Part shown: piece by piece, positions 50,762 to 64,000 of the stretch
Layout: each line of letters begins with the position of its first letter
Position numbering within the stretch: position 1 is the stretch's first letter
Source: Chrysomallon squamiferum
Taxonomy: Eukaryota; Animalia; Mollusca
DNA length: 64,000 nt
NCBI GenBank assembly: GCA_012295275.1
Contig: CM022679.1
Span: forward strand, 23,002,001 to 23,066,000
Reading direction: 5' to 3'
Made by a program: the position numbers and the translations under genes
Notes under the pieces: model-generated
The model's database searches: none
What the model was told of the DNA's origin: nothing
What the model saw: the letters and a program-made list of their open reading frames with translations, nothing else

Positions 50762-51713
50762 CTCACACACTCTTGTGTGTGTACACCTACAATTAGCTGT
50801 CAATTAACATTTTAAGAAAATGAACCTAAATATATAAATACATATCGCTACAAGAAATCTTACTGCAACATAAAATCATTTATTTTATTTGGGGATTATC
50901 TGCAAATATTATATTGTTTGTTTTTCTTGGACTTTCATTGAATTCCTTGTAAAATCTATTTATCAGTCAGTATACCCATTTTTGTCTGTGTATATTCTAA
51001 AAGTCAATAATAAAAATATACCAGTATATTCAAAAAATGTATCTGCATAATCTAAATATATATACTTCTTTTTTTCTCTTAGTTCAATCCATCAGTTTCA
51101 ATAACACCAAAAAGTCCAGGGTACATTAAAAGCCCCACAATGGCTGACCAAATGCACTGCATTGCCTTTGTTGTAGATGGCAGCTCTGTGGACATGATGC
51201 CAAAGCATATTATAGAGTTGTGGAAGAATCTTCAGAAAAGGGCAAACAATTATGGTAGGTGCAGTTGAACATAATTATATTTTAATGTAATTTTGAAAAT
51301 TTTAAAAATTATCATCTTTGTATTTTATATATGAAAAATGTTTTACTGTTAGATTCAATAAAATTATTAATAATATTCATTTGTTGATAACAGTAATAGC
51401 AAAGTTACTTAAATCTTACACCATTTATATTTCTGCAGGATTACCCCAGGTGGTCATTTTGACCAAAGTGGACAAAGTTTGCCCTCTGGTTAATGAAGAT
51501 GTCAGCAAAATTTACCTGAGCAAAGCACTGGAAGATATGACTCAGAAAGTTTCTGAACTGATGGCAGTGCCACGGAATCATGTGTTTCCTGTGAAAAACT
51601 ATGAGAAAGAAGTAGAGATGGATGAAAATGTGGATCTGTCTACACTTATCTGCATCAAACGGATGCTACGATTTATTGATGATTATTTGGAAGATAATCT
51701 GGATGAAGCTTAA
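48520..51713 (+). CDS. IFI44L: Interferon-induced protein 44-like (TLDc + P-loop), 453 aa. Exons 48520-49042, 49302-49357, 49633-49821, 50502-50648, 51083-51254, 51439-51713
   Basis: TLDc motifs LLFKAS.HG....FH..CD.QGPT..VFGGY...W..AFLF..GPVFG.GHDL; GQIGAGKSSFFNTV (G1), DTRG (G3), TKVD (G4), FPVKNY; 1362 nt in frame. Confidence 0.93.
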
Positions 51714-52627
51714 CTTTTATAATTAAATGAATTAACATTCTCTCTGTCTATTTGATGTTATATCATACCAAGTATTTTTTTACATCTGTATATCTGTATA
51801 TATTGATTTCCATGATTAAGATTTTTTTATTACTACATGTACTTATTATTGTATAGAAATAAATAATTGTTGGAGTATTTAGTTGGGTTTTTTCTTAAGT
51901 TTAATGGAAAAGAAAAATATAATTGCTTTTATAATAATTGTTTATGGGAATAAAGATTGATTTTTATTATCATATTTGGTATTGTTCTCTTTTCTGTGGA
52001 AACTTTTATTAAATATGTTTTTATTTGTAGAAAGAATACTGACTGTTGATGCATGTATATCTTATATATCATTGCATATATATACATACATATTCATTAA
52101 TTAGGAAAAAATATCACATATTGTTTCAATTATTTCATTATAATGCTCCTCACAATCAACTTTTGGGGTAAATGATCTGACTTCAAAAAATGTATGATAT
52201 TACTAAATTAAATTATTCCAAAAGTTACATTCTGAATCAGTGGTTTTCACAACAACTTGTAAACCAGTATTAGAATGGTAACAACAGTGACAACTGTATG
52301 TTAATTTTGAAGAGATTATTAATATTTTTGTATGATTTCTTTTAATAGAATAATTATATAATCATTATACAACCCGTAATTTTATCATGAAATTAATATA
52401 GATTTCAACAAAGATTTGTTTTGTTTTGTTTGTTTGTTTGATTTAAATGAATCTACCATACATGTCTTTGGTAAACCTCTCAGTCTGTTTGGAACAGGAA
52501 ATAAGTTTAATAACACAATTACAATTATCATTATTATCATAATTATGTGACAATATAATTGAATATTAATTATTATGCATATAATGATATAGATATACTG
52601 GGAATTTTATAGAAATAGTACGTTTAA

Positions 52628-52838
52628 CACTTGACCGAAACGATAACTATGCATCCAGTGCTACAGATGGATTCTTCTGAGAACGAATGAATATTTGTTT
52701 CCATATATGATATAATGATACAGATATACTGAACGAAATGAATATTTCACTTGACCGAAACGATAACTATGCATCCAGTGCTACAGATGGATTCTTCTGA
52801 GAACGAATGAATATTTGTTTCCATATATGATATAATGA
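52628..52838. repeat. Exact ~91-bp direct repeat, period 120 bp
   Basis: cacttgaccgaaacgataactatgcatccagtgc...tataatgata at 52628 and 52748. Confidence 0.9.
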
Positions 52839-53923
52839 TAATTACTGCCGCTACGTTCTTTCAATTAAAAAACCCCACCACTTTCTGCATACGACAATCA
52901 ACAATGGTTAAGACCGGAAACGGAAAAAGCAACTTTAACCGAGAAATCAGTACTAGAATATAGACTATTTTGTCGTGTTTACATCTAAATAATTAAAATA
53001 ACAAACTTACGGATAATCCATGTTCGTGTTTAGAACATTGTAAATGTTGTTTACTAGTAAATGATCAGAACAAAACTATTAAATCGAATATGACGGTGCG
53101 TTTATTTAGATAGAAGGAAAATACTATATATTATAATAGACAATTCCTCTGTTCGAACATAACAGTCGTTGGTCAACACGATAGTTTGCCGACTCATTCG
53201 CAGAGAAACAGTGTAATATGGAGCGCTAGCAGAAAGTAATTTTATGTTATTAAATAATTATTATGTTTGTTGTATTTTTTGTTTTCTTTTTTAACTTAGA
53301 AAATTAGATATGCCTGCATTGAAGAAAATATTTCGTGTATTGTTTATGGCATGTATTATATTAATATTTAATGCAATTTTGTTGAAATATGTTTAATTTT
53401 TAGTTCACTGTTGTAAAAGTTGTTTTTAATGACGCAGTAAAATCTAAAAACGAAGCCGTATTCTGTGATCAGTGATATTTCGATAAATTCTTTATCATAT
53501 TTAAAACACAGTTTAATTCTTTATTTGGTATGATATATTATATATATTATATAACATATATGAACCTGTTAACATAATGATAATCATTATTATTTATTGC
53601 AACTAAACTTTAAACATTCTGCATACACATCCATAACCACACAGTGACACTCACTGAAAGTAATGATACTGATAGTATAAAATTATTAATTTTATATATA
53701 TCACTGTCTTCAGAAACTGAGAAAAGCAATTTAGAAATTATTTGTACATAACATTATATTTCTTATTTTTCTTTTTTCTTTTTGTTTTCTTTTTTAATTA
53801 TTGACATTTTGCCTTGCCGGTTAGTTTTGGAACATTATCTACATTTAGGAGTTTAATCAAGACAATAAAAAAAAAAAAGCAACAAAACAAACACTTCATA
53901 TTTATCTTTGATTACTAATAAAT

Positions 53924-54041
<118 letters not shown>

Positions 54042-54127
54042 CCTCTCTCTTTCTCTCTGCCTCTCTGCACTTGTACTGTTACTTTTAAATGCATACAATC
54101 ATATGTTACTGTATTTGTTTTACAGAA

Positions 54128-57100
54128 ATGAGTCGTAAACGTGGTCTGTTGCCAGATATTTACAAGCACAAAAAGAAGTGCATACATCCTGCTCAAGATG
54201 AGTCGGAGAACCAGGAAGGAGATCTGTGTTCTGCTGACTGTGAGTGCTTGCCTTTGTGTGCACATTTCTCAATCAGTAAATGAATATACAACAACAGCTC
54301 AACATATTTTAAACATAAATCATTAAATGATTATTATATTTGGAATCGGTGGGTTCTCTACATATTTAGCAGAAAACGTGTCTGTAAATGTAATGTACTT
54401 ACAGTTGATCCTTTCAAGGGTTCTGACCCAGATATATTAGGTTATTAAGTGTTAGGCATAGTTGGAGTTTTGGGGTTTATTTTCCTCTACATACTAATGA
54501 CTGAGAGAAAAAAATAGCTATAGGAGCTATTCTAATTTGCTGATTTGTGAAACAGTAATTTGCAGACAGTAGAAAAAAAGGATGGACTGAACTTCAGCTT
54601 GCATCTAGAGTTTTCAGTGGAAGATAATTTATATAATAATGACAATGTAGATACAATTTTAAAATTTTAATAACATTGTTGAAAGGAATAATTTTATTAA
54701 CAGACTGAATTGAGGCTTTATAGAAAAACATTTGCTTGTATATATATATGAAGTGACTTTGATTATAACAAGCATTTTATTAATAATAATGTACAATAGT
54801 AATGGTTAAACTTAGTTAAAGGCTGTAATTTGATTCCATATGTTTGGTCCAACACAAAAATAGAAAGATCTCATGGATTAAGATAAAATAATTTCAAATT
54901 TAAAAAAATGAATCTAGATAATGTCTGAAGATTTGTTATTACTAGATTCTTTTATGCAGATAATGATTTTGTGAGTTTTTTTTTTTTTAGTGAACAGCAT
55001 GCCAAATGACACCCATGCTGCAATCCTGTACATGATTAAGTTATTTCCTACAGAGAAATTTACTGACAGAATACCACCAATTGTGCTTAAACATCAGCTT
55101 TATAGCATTGTGAAAAACAGAACACTTGTCGACAAGCAAGTGGTGAGAGTTTTTTGTTTTATTATTATTATTATTGTTTTTATTACCTTACTGAATTATC
55201 ACAGGAGCTATGAAAATAATGTGTTTAAGAATTTCATTCATTGGGTTTGTGAGAATTGAATAGTTTACATATTATGTTTATGTTATTGAAAAAAACTAAA
55301 TCAATCTTTACTTTTTTCATTTTTACTACTGCTGAATATTTATTTTTCTTAGATATCTTTTTCTCTTTTTCAGAATGACCTGAAAGAGAGTGGATTGATA
55401 AGAGTGGTTAAACTTGGTGCTGAGCCCAATGATCTGAGCATAGTGTTATCACATGACTATGAAAATCATGTATACAATGTCATGAAAGATCTTGGAATTC
55501 ACAAGCAAATTATAGGTTAGCTGTCGGTATGGTATCTATTGATGTTTTGTTCTTGCACAATTTCAAATTGTTTTCATCTGTAGTTACTTTAAGAAATTAT
55601 TTTCCCATTTTGTAACTGGCAAACAAATAATCATAGATGATAAATTTTCATCATTCTGCCTTTAAACAACAAAAAAAGTAATAATAATAAACATTTTTTT
55701 TTTTTTTTTTTTTTAAATGAATAAATAAACAAATAAAATAAAATGTAGTGCTGATGTTTATGCTTTGATGTTATAATCAAACATTATTTTTAGGCATTTT
55801 GAGAAAGGGCACTGTCATCTATGAATAATAGATATTTTTATCAATTTTGTTACAACTTTTTATTTTAGTAAATTAATATTTTGTTTCTAATAATCCAGAG
55901 TTTTATGGTTCTACCATGATTAATATTTATATTAATTATTAAACATCCATATTAACAAATTCTTTATTATTACTTTTAATTAATTAATAATTATTCACTT
56001 AAATAAATGTATAGTGTTTTTATTGCTCTTATGGTTCGCACTATTCATGTGAATAAAATAACTGTTTCCAGTATTAAATAATTTCCTATTAACAAAATAA
56101 TAGTTTCCTTTATTCATTTTAGTAAAATTAACACTGTTACCATGTTAAGATGAATAATGGAAATCATTAATACTAAAAACTATTGATGATAGTTTCTGTT
56201 AATGAATTAATAGTTTCCATTATTCATGTTATCTATATTTATTTAGGTTAGTTTCAATTTTCAATTTTATAAAAAATAGTTTCCATTAACCAAAAAAAAA
56301 TAAAAAAAATGTTTTCCATTCTATTAATTCTGTACAGTTTGTTTTCTTTTGTGACTTTTTATTTTGAAATTATGTAAGTAATATACTCTCCATATCTTGT
56401 AATGATTATCTGTCGTCTCTTTGATTAAGCTATTTACTGAGATATTATTAAATGCATATCTTCCAAAAAATTTACTTATTTTTTAAGAAACCCTCTATAT
56501 AATAATAATAATAATCATAATAATAATAAGATTTATTATATTTACTGGCATGTTGAAACGATTCATTTCAGGCATAAAAAGAATCCTAAAACAAATTAAA
56601 TATCTCAAATTATTATTGCTATAAATGTCTTTTGTTAAATTATTAAATTGTATTTGTCAGATTGTTTAAGATTTCGTTTGTTTTGACTTTCAGAGAAGTT
56701 TGTAACAAAAGTTATAAAAAACTGTCATGACATCTGTCTTGACAGAGAGACACTGATGAAGAACTTCCATGTCAAAGATGAAGAAATCACGTAAGTAGAA
56801 AAATTACAGTGCTTGGTTGTTTTTAATCATGTATATACATCTTGTAGCATGAACAAACAGCTATATTATATTTCTTTGTTTTAATATATGATTCTTGTAT
56901 GAGAATTAGTTATATATTTTTGCCACTGATAAATCACGACACAAAATCATAAGAATATATGAAAATGTTTTCCATTTTCCTGTGTTGTTATTTATGACCA
57001 GCCTTTGTTAATAAAGTATAGCAGTAATAAAACAAAAACACAAGATTGCATGGAAATTACATTTTCCTATTTGATTATGATCAATTTGTGTTAATAGTAA

Positions 57101-59299
57101 ATGGTAATGAAACAACAAATTTGTAAGATGCCTGTGGATTGATGTTATTAACTTTTATCAAGCTATTTGTTTCCTACAATTCAGCAGGTATGCAAAAATA
57201 TGTTAAAAGCAGATAGTGCTGGAAAATTTACAAAGATTTAACTCAAATGATTGCTTTTATTGTCATATTTTTGATATTATAAGCTAGTAAAAAAGCTAAA
57301 CAAATTTAAAGTAATAATAATACAATCAGACGTTACAGTGGGTATTAATTATTCAAATATATTCATGAATTATTTTCACAAACAAATTCTGTTTATATAA
57401 CATGGTGGATTTTCTTTGTTTGTTTTAGGGTTTTATTTTAATGTGAATTGTAAGATGTTTGTTTGGTGCTTCATTTCTTTTTGGTGCATTTTTATTTGGC
57501 AGTCAGTTAGTCCGAGCATCTGTGTTGACTGTTCGAGATGTTGGCAGCTATTGGCTATCCATTCCCAATGCTGGAATTTTCATCAAAAGCTTTGTGTGGG
57601 GACGCAAGGCTATTCTTATGATGATTAAGAAAAGCAAATACAGAGAGGTGCTACAGAAGGTTCGTGAAGTGACATATAGTTATTATATTAGTGCTTACTA
57701 ATGAATAACAGTAAAGTACTAGTTATTATATTAGTGCTTACTAATGAATAACGATAAAGTGCTAGTTATTATATTAGTGCTTACTAAAGAATAATGATAA
57801 AGTACTTTTTAAATGTTATGATTTTTGCTTCTTTTAAACCCATTTATTATCTTTCATATGTTTTGTCATTAATATTGACTTAAAAGAATAACCTTTCTTT
57901 ATATTTTATTTTTAAATAGATATTAATATTACATAGCAGATCTGATATTTTTTTCATTATTTATTTATTAATTTGGAATTTTGTGTGTGCATTTTAAGAA
58001 TGTGTAAATGTGTTGTCCTCTGTTGATATATGTTGTCTTTTTTGTTTGTTTTTACTAATTTGACAAGCTGAATTATTTTATCATTTGCTGATTGTTTTTT
58101 GATTTATTAATTTTTAAAAAATCTTACCAGTTTTTTTATTTGAAATACTTGTATTATGGGGATATTTTTAATTAAGAGAGTATAAAAATGAAGCATTGCA
58201 TAACCATACACATCAACGTGTCATTGTCATGATATTTTTCTTTTAAAGATTCAAATCTGAAGTCTTAATATCTAAATAAGTGAATAATTATTTTGTTTAA
58301 AAACATAGGTTCAGGTTATTTTTTGATGATATTAATCTTTTCAGTGACTGCTATAACCATTGTGATTTAAACTTCTTCGCCTGCAGTGAACAATCAGTCC
58401 AGTATGTAATAATAACCAAATATCCATTAGATCGTATCTTGTTTTCATCATTTTTAGAAAAAATATATTTTTTATTTCAGGATCTAGAACAGCGGAGATG
58501 GCCAAAGATGGCTAAGCTGGGTGTTGTCTACCATATCCATGATGTAATTGGAGCAGATCTTGTAGAAAAGTGAGAACCAACTTTCTCCCAAAAATCTTTA
58601 TTTATAGTTATCATTTTAAAATTATTTTGTTATGGTTCTTAAATTATGAATTTATCAAAATATTTATTATCTGTATTATATACCTGTTAACTTCTTCTGA
58701 GTGTGCAGCATTTCAACAGTCCAGTTGTCTTTGAAGATAACTGCATACACTTTAAATCTTTAATATTTCATAGACTATTACTTGTCTTTATGGTACAAAG
58801 ATTGTTTGGGTAAATTTAACAAGCAGATTACAGACTATATTTGTTTTTTTTTTACTTTTCACATGAAAATTTCTATAAATGAAACACTTTGAAGAATTTC
58901 AAGTGTCAGACATAGAAAAGGAAACTAACTTAAGTGTAATGTTTTCCTGTTTATTTCTACAATGGTTGGTTGTTTTGGATAATCGCCACCCAGACTTTAT
59001 GCTAATTATTATTATTATATTTTTAATTTTAATATTCATTTTGTATGTCATTTGTAAGACTATATATATATGTGAGTTTTATTTTGTCCTTATGGCATAT
59101 AAAGTTCCAATTTGTTATTTTTACTTACTGTTCCATTTATGATATATGTTTTATTTAATTTTTCAGCATAGTAATTTATTATTAATATTTAATATTAACC
59201 TTTTCAACATAATTATTATTTATAACATTAATAATTTATTATATTATCTTTTTCAGCATACAGACTACTTCTGGAAAACTTATAAGACTTAAAGAGTGA
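54128..59299 (+). CDS. STK19: STK19 / winged-helix repair factor (transcription-coupled repair), 263 aa. Exons 54128-54239, 54991-55142, 55374-55515, 56694-56790, 57503-57659, 58481-58569, 59257-59299
   Basis: Seven exons join in frame (792 nt). Motifs PPIVLKHQLYS..NRTLVDKQ, LTVRDVGSYWLSIPNAG.FIK.F..GR.A...KYRE, LG..YHIHD.IGA.LV..I.TTSG.L.RL. Confidence 0.92.
57677..57806. repeat. 43-bp tandem repeat x3 at the start of STK19 intron 5
   Basis: tagttattatattagtgcttactaatgaataacagtaaagtac at 57677, 57720 and 57763. Confidence 0.9.
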
Positions 59300-60228
59300 T
59301 AATTATAAAAGCTAATAAGAAAGATTTTCCCAAAGGATTTTGTGATATTAACTAATTAAGAAGGAAAGATGAATTGTGCAAAACATGCATTTATTATTAT
59401 TATTATTATTGATATAAGCATTAAATGAATTTTTTTGTGAAATGAAATTAATAAAGATTTGAATCTGTGACATTATTTATATTTACATATGGTATTTTAT
59501 TTATGTGTGGCTTATTTTTTATGTGTCTGTGGCATTTATGAATGAATAAACATATTAATGAACAAGATTTCATCTTTCTTTAAAAAATGGTTGAATGTTA
59601 ATTTATAAAATAAAAAAAAAAAAAAATTTAAAACAATTGTTGTTGTTTCTTATAATTAATAAATACAAAGTTTTAATGTAAATATGACACTGTTTTGTGT
59701 CATGATATTATGGTAATATTTCTACATTATGCCTCAAAATCTGAAGTAATTAAAAAAACCAGAAACTACCACTGTATCAAATCTCTGAATTTTAATGGAT
59801 TCTTAGAAAAACTGATATTTGAATATATTCTACTACAGTAAACAATGTGGCCAACTATGCACAGTAAGGAGGTATGATCACATGTCCATTCACAGAATCT
59901 TTCATTAATTTGATTTGTACTCTGATGATGTATTTTCAACATTAGCTGCCTCCACATCAAGTAAACTAAAGGTAAAATAATGAATAAACATTACCTTAAT
60001 AAGTTTGTTATTAATAAAAATTCTTTAAATTTCACTTGATAACAAAAGGAAAAGATAAGTAAATGCAGATAGTTTATAATTCTTGGTAACATTTCTCAGT
60101 ACTTAATGATAATTTTAACAATTTAAATCTCCCTTTATAACAAAAATAATTTTAAAAAATTATTGTATTTGTTTAGCAGTTTCAGTTATGTGTAGATTAC
60201 ATAATTATATAAACAGATTTATAAAAAT

Positions 60229-61119
60229 TTACTTTTCAGAAACAAATCCAGTGCTGAAGGGGTTAATTTTCTCAACTTCATGGAGTTCTGATTTGTGGAT
60301 GTTCAATGGATTGAAATTTCCCCACAGTTTGTCAAATTCTTCTTTGTATTTTGTCAAAACTTCTGAACTGTTGGTTATCAGAATATTCTCCTGGTTTCCT
60401 GTGATGGCGTTTCTGGTCCAGTTGAAAGAGCCATTTAACAAAATCTCATTGTCAACAATAACAAACTTGTGATGCATGAAAAATGAAGGGTTCCCAGTCC
60501 GCACAGGAACACCTGAAATAATAATTAATTCATTGTCAATGTTGTTTCTGAGGACACTGTAAGTTATATTTCTTAAGTAAAACCATTCTTGGAAAATCTA
60601 ATTTGTTAAAGATTTGAATGAATGAATGAATGAATGAATGAATGAATGAACGATGAAAATATTTATTTAACAAAATGCTATTTACAGTTAATTATAGGAT
60701 GTCCAGTCATAATGTCCCAGCATACAATGGATACCATAAAAAGTAACCAATGTTTATTATGTTGCATGGATGCAGAATTAAGTATGCAGTTTTAAAGCTA
60801 AATAAACAAGTAAACGTGGTAGGTGGAAACATCAAAGAATTAGTCTTGTTATAATCGAGATTTAGTGGACTCATTTTGGTTTTAAAATGGATACCCATAT
60901 TGGGCATTAACTCCTCAAAACGAACAACAATCAAATTTTAAATGGCTTGTCTCTGATGTTTGGCCTCTTTCATTTAACATGGATAAATATACACAGTGGG
61001 AATTCAACAGAAAACACTAACAACTATGACCGATTTAAGACAAGATGTCTGCATTTCCTGAACTGTGGCGGGGACGATATGACTGGTAACCAATTATAGG
61101 ACTGATGTCTGATTTGTGT

Positions 61120-61156
<37 letters not shown>

Positions 61157-61737
61157 CGATAATCAAGTACACATTTATCATTTATGACAGAATGAGAGGG
61201 AAACTGAAGGACAAGTGAACTCATGTAGCAGAATAAAATGAGGTTGAAAACTCAGAAAAGGAATGTGAGAAAGAGAGAGATGGATAGAGAGAAAGATGAT
61301 GAGATCAATATACCACCTTCTTTACGAAGTCTCCAGACCTGTGCTCCACTAACATTAAGTTGATCATAATCTGTTAACACGCGAACCGTTATTCCCCTCT
61401 TGTAATGTAAAATAACAATATCACATAACTCCTTGCAGCATATTGTGTAGACGCATATATCCAAACATTTCTTAGCGCTACCTAGATACTGATAGAGTTT
61501 ACTGAGTGAATTTTTCTTATGAGCAAACCTGCAGTGATTATTTGAACATCCGTTCGGTTTGTTAAAAAAGTCGAAACATGCTACTTGTTTGTCCGGAAAA
61601 AATAGTACGTCTGTAATTATGGCTGGCTTTCGCTCCTGATGTTTTCCTTTCCACCACAGATAAATCTGAAACAGGATTTCTGAGGCAATTCCAAAAGCAA
61701 GAAGACCCCCACCTATCTCCAAGACTTTACTAACCAT
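60229..61737 (-). CDS. PLD6: Mitochondrial PLD6 / Zucchini (piRNA endonuclease), ~234 aa. Exons 61737-61317, 60512-60229
   Basis: N-terminal hydrophobic anchor, VLFFP, CCCH zinc finger (C-x9-C-x4-C-x3-H), single HKD motif MHHKFVIVD..GSFNWT..NQEN; phase-1 intron (an alternative donor lies 3 nt further). Confidence 0.93.
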
Positions 61738-62030
61738 TTCAGAACAGAAACGAAAGTGGGAAACTACAATAGATTGGGTTAAAGTTATAATTTTACATCA
61801 AGGTGATTCAGCGTAACACAGCGAAATAACCATTGCATTTAAAAAAAAAAAAAAAAAAAAAAATGACTATAAAAATAGAATAGCAATAAAAAAAAAATAA
61901 TAAAAATAAAATAATCTACTGTATTAGATTTTATTTAATAATCATTTATTACAGTTAAGAAAATAATAATGATGATGATGATAAATCAAATAAAAAATAA
62001 AATATTTGAATAAACGGGGGATGTTTCTAA

Positions 62031-62074
<44 letters not shown>

Positions 62075-62127
62075 CAACAACAACAACAACAACGAAATAG
62101 ATTCTAAAATAATTTAGACTGCACAAG

Positions 62128-62202
<75 letters not shown>

Positions 62203-62983
62203 GAAGCTTACAAGTTCATCAGTAATAATATATAAAAATTCTGTCGTTAGCCAAATGATGTTATTTTAAGACAAATACTTATTTATACTTAGTTAAACTC
62301 TGCCAGTCTGATATATCATCATTAACACTATCATCAGTTTCTGTGGCGGCCATCTTGTATGATATAACCTGATTTGCATAAATAAAACTCTTCTAATTAT
62401 TTTCAGTTAATGTTATTAATTAAGTCCAGTTTTCTGGTTGCTCTATATCGTAATCTTAATACGTTGTGGAATGTCACAATTAACCAGGTTACCCACAACA
62501 GCTTTGTCTCCTGCTGCTGGATTCGCCCAAAATATCGTAAAGTACCGTAACGTTACGTAACCACAAATTGTCAAAAGGGATCTAATTGCATAGTTATTTA
62601 AAATAAAACTTTTTCAATCATAATAAATTTCATTCGCAAATAATTATGAAAGAAATTTGGTAACTGAACGAAAATACACATAAAAAAAAAAAAAAAAAAA
62701 AATCACGGAATGACATTAAACTATCGATAATTACATGATTATTAACATTCATTTACCTTTAAATTATCGATAATACATTATCGATTGCAACCATTACTCA
62801 CAATGCAGTCCATTGTTGGCATAATAAAGTTCGGTGGTAACTGAACTGTTACAGTAATAGAATGAAAAACACTTTATTTGAACATGATTTTATAATAACC
62901 TCTTTCTCTTTTATTATAATATTTATTCATATTTTACATAAATATTTGATATATATATATTTGATATATAAATATATCATAAC

Positions 62984-63028
<45 letters not shown>

Positions 63029-63054
63029 TATTAGGAGGTCGGAGTCGCTAATAC

Positions 63055-63098
<44 letters not shown>

Positions 63099-63479
63099 TT
63101 TGTATTAATTAACTAATTAATTTTTACTGAACTATTTTACACTGTGATTATTTTGTCTCATCAGTATAAAATGCTTCGATGTAAAGTTTTGTAAATATTT
63201 GCCCGATTAATTTCCTAGCTCGTGTTGATAGCGAGATTGAAGTAAATGCAGTTGTCTCCCCTATGTCATTTGTAGTAAATATAATGTTTGGTAGTAACCG
63301 AATCAACATTAGAAATGACGTGAGCCGCTCGAGTTGCTATTGCGATAAATATACAAAACAAGCATGCTTAGTCGCAGAAGCTGGTTAAAATCTCTGGAAT
63401 CGACTTTCTAACTGCTGTGACAAAAATACTTGATTATTCCAGGTGAGTTTATTAAGTTTATTAATTGATTATTTATCTA

Positions 63480-63570
<91 letters not shown>

Positions 63571-63906
63571 CAATAACAACAACTATTATTATGATATTAT
63601 TATATATGAAATATTATAATTAAAAATATAAAATATATATATTACTATAAAAGAGAAACAGGTAAATAACGTTTTTTATTTTGATAAATTAATTTTCTTT
63701 ACAATAATATTAATAATGTTTTACTTTTATGAATTTATTTGAAACATATGTTAGAATTACATAATCACACAAATCCATCAATACTGTTAACATCAAATTA
63801 AATTGAAAATAAATCATAATATTAAAAAAAAAAAATAATAATAATAATAATTTAACCAAAAATATATCTTTACCACAGCAGAAGTGACATCATCAACATC
63901 AGCAGA

Positions 63907-64000
63907 ATGACATCCAACACCTCCACGTGTAACATTAACAGCTACCAGTGCTCCGATGTTGGTCTTCTCATGCCCTTTGTTAACGAATACACATGGCCAT
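63907..64000 (+). CDS. 5' end of a probable Na+/Ca2+ exchanger (NCX/SLC8 family), runs off the window
   Basis: Acceptor at 63878 (CAGCAG), upstream donor CAG|GTGAGT at 63443. MTSNTSTCNINSYQCSDVGLLMPFVNEYTWP resembles the NCX N-terminal C...SY.C..G..LP motif. Only 31 codons are visible. Confidence 0.5.
   Translation, partial: MTSNTSTCNINSYQCSDVGLLMPFVNEYTWP

Noticed and set aside
59161-59170. Duplicate acceptor tttcagcata 90 nt upstream of the last STK19 exon
   Set aside because: Its use gives a stop within a few codons and loses the conserved TTSG.L.RL end.

Overview
AT-rich, microsatellite-dense eukaryotic (animal, most likely mollusc) genomic DNA with spliced genes; nearly all ORFs in the supplied track are repeat-derived noise. 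1-22.5 kb: a ~8.7-8.9 kb tandem duplication (about 2.6 units, with a 200-N gap). Each unit carries a four-exon gene, absent from the ORF track, for a 61-62 aa secreted peptide with a CxxxC-x15/16-CxxxC hairpin. Its signal peptide and introns are conserved between copies while the mature exons are hypervariable. Each unit also carries the first coding exon of a Sushi/HYR (SRPX-like) gene that is complete only after the last copy (22088-27892). 30-34 kb: a full-length, ORF-intact, intronless ARL8 retrocopy (poly(A), 10-bp target-site duplication) sits inside the anticodon arm of a tRNA-Gly(TCC) gene, next to a decayed Tx1/L1-type non-LTR relic. 39-53 kb: two tandem IFI44L-like (TLDc + P-loop) genes, one with frameshifts. 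54-64 kb: STK19/WHR1, PLD6/Zucchini and the start of a probable Na+/Ca2+ exchanger. All gene models were built by eye from GT-AG sites and phase continuity; no database search was run.
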